DNA of 48,936 bases, taken from Lama glama (taxonomy: Eukaryota). Below are positions 41,971 through 48,936 of the stretch, piece by piece (position 1 is the first letter of the stretch; each line of letters begins with the position of its first letter). Made by a program: the position numbers and the translations under genes. Location: contig CM052817.1 of the NCBI GenBank assembly GCA_028534125.1, positions 109,370,001-109,418,936 on the forward strand, in the 5' to 3' direction. The notes below the pieces were generated by a model that saw only the letters and a list, made by a program, of their open reading frames with translations, ran no database searches and had not been told where the DNA came from.

Positions 41971-42393
41971 TCAGGTATAATGGTGGAGGGCACAGTGGTT
42001 ATTCTGAAATTTCTCTGTAGGAAGGGCCTGGGGTAACAGTCTGGTTGGAAGAAGGGCTTAGGGGACTTACCCTGGAATTACATTTTGAATTAACATATCA
42101 TGTTGTTTTTATCTACTATTTGAAGTTACGAGTCTTAAAACAGAAGAATGATTTATAAAAATTGCTTTACCGAAAATTGAGAAAAACGGCAGTTTTCCAT
42201 ATTTAAGTGTATTATTTTAATTTGGGGTGACTGTGATGGTGGAAAATAGAAATGCAGGGGCTGCTAAAGCATTCTCATCCCTTCCGGCACCCTCAGGTCC
42301 TTTGGTCAGAAGAGACAGAGGGATGTGAGGAGAAGCAGGCTTGGAGGGTGGCCTGTGTGCTGCTTTTAAATTATGACGGTTACTTGTGCTTTT

Positions 42394-42506
42394 TTTTTTT
42401 ATTTTTTTTTTTTACTTTTTTTAAATGGAGGTACCGGGGCTTGAACCCAGGACCTTGTGCATGCTAAGCATGCGCTCTACCACTGAGCTATGCCCACCCT
42501 TCCCCC
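42394..42506 (-). mobile_element. Camelid tRNA-derived SINE
   Basis: Poly-T, then atggaggtaccggggcttgaacccaggaccttgtgcatgctaagcatgcgctctaccactgagcta; flanks cttgtgctttt / cttgtgttttt. Confidence 0.92.
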
Positions 42507-42835
42507 TGATCCTTGTGTTTTTAGTGGGTGTGATGTGCTGGTAGCAGGTGATTTAGCATCAGACACAGTCACCTGCCTCTGACCATTGCGTTACTACATT
42601 TCCCCTGAGCTAGAGAGCTAGAGTATGTTTTCACAAGTTCAATAAATTATCTACATTTTCTTTTTTCAAAAAAAAAATGCATTAACTCATTTTTCTCTTT
42701 AGTATCTATAAGTAAAATGTGATTTTTTTCAACAATGTACCAAAGTATTAAGGGTAATAAATATTAAGTACAGATCTCTGAAGCATCAGTCATCACTGAA
42801 GATCCACATTCTGCTGTTCTCTCTCTCTCTGTTAG

Positions 42836-42978
42836 TCACCTTACTTCTGGAGCTCTGGAAGTGGCGCCAGGCAGAACTTGAGTACGAATGGGGCCGGTTG
42901 AGTTGCAGCAGGAAAAACCAAGCCCGGCTAGAATAGGAGGCGTGGTGTCCCCACGTGGGGATAGATGAGATTACCCAG
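42836..42978 (+). pseudogene. ANO6: ANO6 exon 11 equivalent, 143 nt, with premature TAG and a -1/+1 indel pair
   Basis: ctctgttag|TCACCTTA...ATTACCCAG|gtagag. Reads (V)TLLLELWKWRQAELEYEWGRLSCSRKNQARLE*EAWCPHVGIDEITQ versus human VTLFLEFWKRRQAELEYEWDTVELQQEEQARPEYEARCTHVVINEITQ. Confidence 0.92.
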
Positions 42979-43020
42979 GTAGAGAGGGCGCTGTTTAGAT
43001 GCGCTTTAGTCTGTTGACTG

Positions 43021-43200
43021 CAGGGCTTCTCAGCCTTGGCTGCATGTTGGAATCACCAGGGGACCTTTAAAATTTCGGTGCCCAGATTCCATCACTACAA
43101 ACTCTGATGGTACTTAGTGGCCTGGGGTGCATTCTGGCACAGTGAAGTTTTTAAAGCTCCTCTGATGATTGTAATGTGCAGCCAAGGTGAAGGAGCACTG
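43021..43200. mobile_element. MER5A-like hAT-Charlie MITE
   Basis: Inverted termini cagggcttctcagccttggctgca ... tgcagccaaggtgaaggagcactg. Confidence 0.8.
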
Positions 43201-44439
43201 CCTGGAATGGTGGACACAGAAGAGAAGTATGTTCCTTCCTTCATAATAACAGTAAAAAGGGGGAAAAGAAAAAGACTGGTATAATTGTGTAAGAAAAGAG
43301 GATTGATTTGTATCCTTTCATAAGACCAATAAAAATGCAAAAAAAATCAGCCTGTATGACATAGATGTAGAAGGAAATACACATTGGTTTTTATAGTTGA
43401 TTTCCATTTTTTCCACATGTGCCTTCATTATTGCAGCCTCCTTTTCATCATAGACTAGCTTGCCCCTTTGTCTTGAACTAAGTCCCGGTCACTGCTCCCT
43501 CTTCTCATTGGAATATGTACAAAGCAGTGTGGCTGTCATCCTAAAGTCAGAGGAAGGCTAGAGGAAGCAGGGAAACCTTTGTTGAGGAGCCAACTGTGTT
43601 TGGGCACTGAGCTAGGCATTTTATATAATTGGAAAGGTAAATTTACTGCTGCAACTCCTGTTGCAAAATTTAAAAATAAAGCTATATATCTTTGTATAAA
43701 CATTCCAGAGCTATGAAAGATGATTTTTTGAGTCATCTGTATTATTGTTTCTTTCCATCAGCCATGATAATTTAGAGCTGATGGTACTTGCAGTCAGCAG
43801 CAGCAGGACAGTAGGTTGTGATCATGAATATCTCTTGGAAAGAAAATGCTTTTACCAGGAGCATCTGAAAATGTCACCAACTATAGATTTTATAAACTGA
43901 ATCGCAGATTTACAGATTGTTGGCACTGAAAAGGTCTGGAAGGAGCAGGTCAGCTTCCTCTTTTTATTAATAAAAAAATGAGGTTCAGTTACCAATAGAA
44001 GGTGACATTTGTCTTTTACAATGTAAAAAGCTTCTAATAATCCCCATTATGAATAGTTCCTATTGTTTACAACTACAAAGCATGTTTTGTTGAAAGACTG
44101 TACATTCAGAGATAAAAGCTGAAACTTAGACAAAATTAGATGTTCATAATGTTTTTGAGTTGTGAATAAGAAAAACGTATCATATTGGCAGCATACAAAA
44201 AATACTGAAGAAAAGCCATTTTGGTCATTTAAACTGCCAATTTTAAATTTAAAATTGCCAACAATTAAGTTTAAATTTCCATTGGAAGATGCTTGTTGAA
44301 AAATTGAAGATGAAGGCTCATTTCTCTTTATCGTTCTTCCTTATTTAAAAAATTGTTTTAATTTTTTTCGTTTTTAGTTTTTTAATTGAAGAGTTTTACT
44401 TTAATTGCGAATGCATGTTCTATTGTTTCGAGAGGCCAG

Positions 44440-44680
44440 CCTTGTGGTAGTGAGACCTTGGGAATAGAGCTGCCTAAATTCATATATGAACACAGCAGCT
44501 TGCTCCCTGAGTGATCTTGGACAACTTAACTTCTCTGTGCCAGAGTTTCCTATAAAATAAGAATAAGAAAGTGGTTTCCTCATGACTGTGGTAAAGATGG
44601 GTCGAGTTAAGGTATAGAATCTACTTGGAAGACTGCCTGGCACAGAGGAAGGGCCATGTACTTATTTGCAATTGTTATAA
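44440..44680 (+). mobile_element. MIR SINE
   Basis: gtgatcttggacaacttaacttctctgtgcc...ctcatgactgtggtaaagat...tgcctggcacagagg. Confidence 0.75.
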
Positions 44681-45221
44681 TCTAGGCAAATCTTGAGTCT
44701 TACTTATTTTATCTCTAAAAAAAACTAAATATAAACTCTAAAATGGAAATTCTAAACCTTTGTAGTTGTAGCTAACACATAAAACTCAACCAAGAAACAC
44801 ACAGTGGAGACCAGTTAGCTGCAGACACCTGAGAAACTGCCTGTCCTGCACGGAATCTAAGCTGTCACTACTGTCACTTCTGAAATCTAAGGCAAGCTCA
44901 GGAATAGAGCTTTACAGCTTGGCCTCGTCAGGTACCCAGACCCCTAAGCTCAGACCATGGCAGGGAAACAGTTTGCTGTTCACATGCGCATTTTCAAAAA
45001 ATAGTATTAAAATGAATACTGTACGTATTTTGTTGTGTGTTTGACATCGTTAACAGAAAAAAAAGAAAGAAACCCTTGCAGTTATGAATAAGGAGGCTAT
45101 GTCTGAAAACTAATTTTTTAAAAAAATTATGCTTAGGATTTAGTGACCAGTTAGGGGAAAAATCATTTCATTGGTGTAATCCCTTGATTGACTAAACTTG
45201 TTTTTTTCTTTTTTTAATTAG

Positions 45222-45297
45222 GAAGAAGAGCATGTTCCCTTTACCACCTGGGGAAAGTATAATCATACAACCCTATGTGCAAGTGCTCTTTTTCTGG
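45222..45297 (+). pseudogene. ANO6: ANO6 exon 12 equivalent, 76 nt (2-nt frameshifting deletion)
   Basis: tttaattag|GAAGAAGAG...TTTCTGG|gtaaga. Reads EEEHVPFTTWGKYNHTTLCASA, then GCT-C-TTT-TTC-TGG where human EEERIPFTAWGKCIRITLCASAVFFW needs GCT GTC TTT TTC TGG. Confidence 0.9.
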
Positions 45298-45579
45298 GTA
45301 AGAACCTGCCACAGACTTTTTACTATCTAGTGTTACATGCTGAGAAAACTGAAAGTCAAGCTGGGAACTATGTAGTCTCATAGAGAAAACTGTTTCCAGA
45401 GAACATCTGAGCCAACGCAGGGCGCCACTCTGCAGGTTCCACAGTCTCTTCTGCTCAAGGTGCTTCCGCCAGTTCTTTTCACCTCATTTGTTCAAATCAG
45501 ATCAGTGGTTCAGGATTCTCCAGGGTCTGATTAAGAGACAGATGAAGGCAATAAGGATTCTAAAATTTTCCAAGAGTAA

Positions 45580-46890
45580 CAACCAAGGTAAAATGTCTAA
45601 GAATAACCTAACAAAAGGATAGTTGGAACTATCAAAAAAAAAAAAAACATTAAAAACTACTGAAAGACATAAAAGAAGCTTTAAACACATGATTCTAGAT
45701 TAAAAGACCATAGCTCCAAAATATCAGAAGTTATAAATTTATTTGGGGTTTATTGTGAATAAAATCATATTAGTAATATAATAATTAAATAAGATAATGA
45801 GAGTTTTACTAGCTCAAGAATAGCCAGATTAGAGAATAGAACAGGAAGTCCAGATATGGGCTGTGACATCAATAATTTAGTATACGAGATGAAAGGCATT
45901 ACCAGTCAGGGAGATAAATAAAGGTTATTCAATAAATGGAACACTTGTTAGCTATTTGGGGGGAAAAGTATAGATTTAAATCATACAGTGAACCATAAAC
46001 TGTGATAAATTCCAGGAACATTTAAAAAATAACATGATTAGAAAAAAACTAGAAATAAATATGGATGAATATACAACCTCTAGATGTGCAGTAAGTTTCA
46101 GAGGAAAATACATAAAGATTTCCATGCATCAGAAGCATCCTAAGTTTAAACAAAACAGCAGAGGATGTTGTTTCTTAACAGATCTGACAAGGGGCTAATT
46201 CCTTCAATATATAGAGAGTTCAGATCACTTCAAAGATAACACCAAAAAATCTCAGGAGTGGAGAAGGCAGAGAAGATGAACACACATTCACAAAGGAAAA
46301 AATAGATGTCAGGCTCTGATGGTAATTCAGTTAGTGCACATCAAAATGAAATAGTTTTCCACCTCTCAAGTGACACAGCTCTGTGTTTATGAGGATGAAG
46401 TGCCAGTGATCAGCAGCTCTCATACCTAAGGCTACTGGATATGTTTTGTGAAGTGTGGTTGATTTACAATGCTGTGTTAGTTTCCGGTGTACTCCTCCAG
46501 CTTTCTTAGAAAGCAGTTTGGCAGTTCATATCAAGAGTCAAAAATATTCATATGATTTAATCCACTAATTCAGCTTTGAAAAACTTTTAATCAGAAAGTA
46601 TTTCAAAATGGAAGGGAAAAGTCAGCATGGAGGTAAGTCACAGACATATTTTTATATGTGTATATAAAAAAATCTCAGCCAAAATATTCTCCTTCCAACC
46701 TTCACATAGTAGAATATTATGCAGCCATGAAAAATGTGTCCATGAAAATATTTTATGACATGTCAAAGTGTTATGATTATGATAAGCTTGAGAATAAAAT
46801 TAATATATAAAATAATTTTTAATACGCAAACAATGCACAGTTCTGAATGAATTATGCCTATAACTAGATGCATTTTTCTTATTTTTATTT
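45580..46890 (+). mobile_element. Ancient L1ME-like fragment (ORF2 to 3' UTR)
   Basis: actactgaaagacataaaagaag, ttattcaataaatgg, tctgacaaggggctaat, tagaatattatgcagccatgaaaaatg. Confidence 0.75.
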
Positions 46891-46904
46891 TTTATTCATT
46901 TTTC

Positions 46905-47486
46905 AGAGTTGGAGTCTTTTGATTGTAGGTGACAAAATCAATCTCCAATGGGTTTAAACAACAACCAAAAAATGGGGATGAGTGGGATTTATTGGTTTCT
47001 GTAACTGAAAACCTCAGATCTGAGGTCTGGCTTCAGTCAAGGAGAGATACTGTAGCCCAGATGATGTCAAGGGCTGGTTTTGTCCTGTCTTCATTCTGTG
47101 TCCAAGGATGTCTCAGCATGCTGCTTCTAGGCACTCAGCATCCCAGATCACACATCCATCCAAGCCAGAGAGGTCTCTTTTGGCAGTTTCCTCTCTTGAC
47201 AGAGGAAGCTCATCATTCACATGGGCACCAGCACATATCTCCTCACGTAACAGTGGCTCTTACTGGGTTATTTGCAAATCCTCAAATCATGTGTGAGGCC
47301 AATAGAATGAGGGATATTATCTGTCTTAAACCAACTAGGATCTACCTCTGGCACCTCGGAAAGGGTGGGTCAGTCTAGCCCAAATCACAGGACTAAAAAC
47401 AGAAAGGAGGTTATTTATCCTAAAGCAAAATCTAGGTCCACTTCTAAGACTGGGGACAGATCCAGGACAGCAGTTCTGTCCACTAC
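46905..47486 (-). mobile_element. MLT1J/K/L-like MaLR LTR
   Basis: cttttgattgtaggtgaca...gatttattggtttctgtaactgaaaa...tgtccactac. Confidence 0.65.
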
Positions 47487-47679
47487 TGAGTACTTTCAGA
47501 TTTTCTTTAATGAGCAGATATTAAAGTTATGATCAGAAAAGATGATATGTAAGAAGAAACTTGAGGAGGGAGGATGAAAAGCTTTCCTGTTTCCTAAGAA
47601 ATACTGAACCCATTAAGTGCTTGGAAGAAAAATGGAAATGTGTCAAGTTTGTAAAAGTTCTGAAGTGAATTAGAATTCA

Positions 47680-47935
47680 TTTCACAGACCATGTAGGAGG
47701 CAGTGCTATGCAGAGTTAGTGTGTCTTTGGGCTCTTTGAGTATTTCATTTCTTTCACTTGATAGTTGCTTTATTTGGGGCAAATTGTGTCATCTTTATGC
47801 AGCTCTATTTCCTCATCTGTAAAAGAGATATAATATTACCTTCCCTACAGGGTGATTGTGAAGATTTAAAAAAAAAAATAGATGTGTGCTGAAGCAATAG
47901 TAAGCATTTAAAGAGTCTTAACTATTATTATTACT
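47680..47935 (+). mobile_element. MIR SINE
   Basis: tttcctcatctgtaaaagagatataatattaccttccctacagggtgattgtgaagatt. Confidence 0.75.
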
Positions 47936-48244
47936 TAATACATAATTTTAAAAATTATTATGCAGACTTCTAAAAAATATATACTATTTAAATGGCCTAT
48001 GTATGTTGTATAAGAAAGGAAGGCTCAATATACCTTCTGTTATACATTTTTCTCAGCTTTAACTAATGTTCACATTTAATCACACACACACCAAAAAGTT
48101 ACTCCTTTCACAAGTATGAAGCCTTAACTGTGAAGAAAAGAAGATAAGCAGAGAGAGTGGAGGAGGAAATAAAATGCTTTCCCTACAAACTGATGGCTTA
48201 AAAACTAAAAAAAACACCTTTTTAACACTTTGGTCACCATATTC

Positions 48245-48480
48245 ATAGCTAATACTTAGGTAGAATTTTTCACATGCCTGGGTTTAATGTTCTAATTGTT
48301 TTCACCTGTAGTAAATCATCAACTCGTCACAATAATCCTATAAATTGCTATTATTATCCCCCCATTATATGGGTGAGGAGATTGAAGCCCCTAGAGTTTA
48401 AGAAATTTGCACAAGGCCCCACAGCTAGCATCAGAGCTGGGATCCAGATGCAGGAGTGTGGCTCCAGGAGGGGCTTGCAA
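48245..48480 (-). mobile_element. MIR SINE
   Basis: tcacaataatcctata...tattatccccc...gaggagattgaagccctagagttta...aaggccccacagctag. Confidence 0.7.
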
Positions 48481-48936
48481 ACACTCCCTCTGCTCTCCCC
48501 TGCAGGTGCAAGCCAGCCGCCCGCTGTTACTGTAAATAACATGATGTGGTTCACTTAGTCTTGAAATTCACATTCGTTGAAACTTTCTCTCTGGGGCAGC
48601 CATCAGGAGCAGCCAGGGACACTGAGTACATGCTTTTGGACTTCGACCAAGAAGGTAGATGGAGGGAAAACAGTTTAAAAATGGGACCCTTAATGTTCAT
48701 TCTTCAGTGGCCAGAAAGAAAACCTGCCTAGTGAGGAACTGAAGCCCTACCAGCCACGTGCAGATTATGCTTCAGACACCCCCATTGTCCTTGGGTCCAC
48801 ACAGTCAGAGCTACAGTGGATCAGGGACATGAATCTTGTGCAAATGCAGGGAGTATGAATACCTGCCATTTTAAGATATCAAGGAGTTTGAAAAGCATGT
48901 GAAACTTCCATCAGCAGAGACCTGCTGTCACTTCCA

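Larger units (their letters stand above)
30037..45297 (+). pseudogene. ANO6: Unprocessed (intron-containing) ANO6/TMEM16F-like pseudogene fragment; exon 8, 11 and 12 equivalents, probably continuing past the window end
   Basis: Three AG/GT-bounded exons in the correct order and strand translate to ANO6-specific peptides. Disabling lesions lie in two of them (stop at 42934-42936; 76-nt exon instead of 78). Exon numbering is from recalled human gene structure. Confidence 0.9.

Noticed and set aside
46929..47378. 149-aa ORF
   Set aside because: Lies wholly within an MLT1 LTR remnant.

Overview
Mammalian genomic DNA, almost certainly camelid (five Vic-1/VicSINE-type tRNA-derived SINEs and cetartiodactyl L1 3' ends). 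No prokaryotic features, CRISPR arrays, rRNA or true tRNA genes are present. A 500-N scaffold gap (28216-28715) divides the window. Left of the gap is AT-rich, repeat-dense sequence with a full-length, TSD-flanked processed pseudogene of RHBDD3 (minus strand, 18103-19610) and an L1 with a twin-priming 5' inversion. Right of the gap are three spliceable exons of anoctamin-6 (ANO6/TMEM16F; equivalents of human exons 8, 11 and 12) that the ORF track misses. They form a decayed, intron-containing copy: exon 11 has a TAG stop and paired indels, exon 12 has a 2-nt deletion, and exons 9-10 appear to be absent. I found no intact protein-coding gene and no convincing new biological system. The ANO6-like unprocessed pseudogene is the most interesting item. 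Repeat subfamily calls and reference comparisons are from memory of consensus and human sequences, not from searches.
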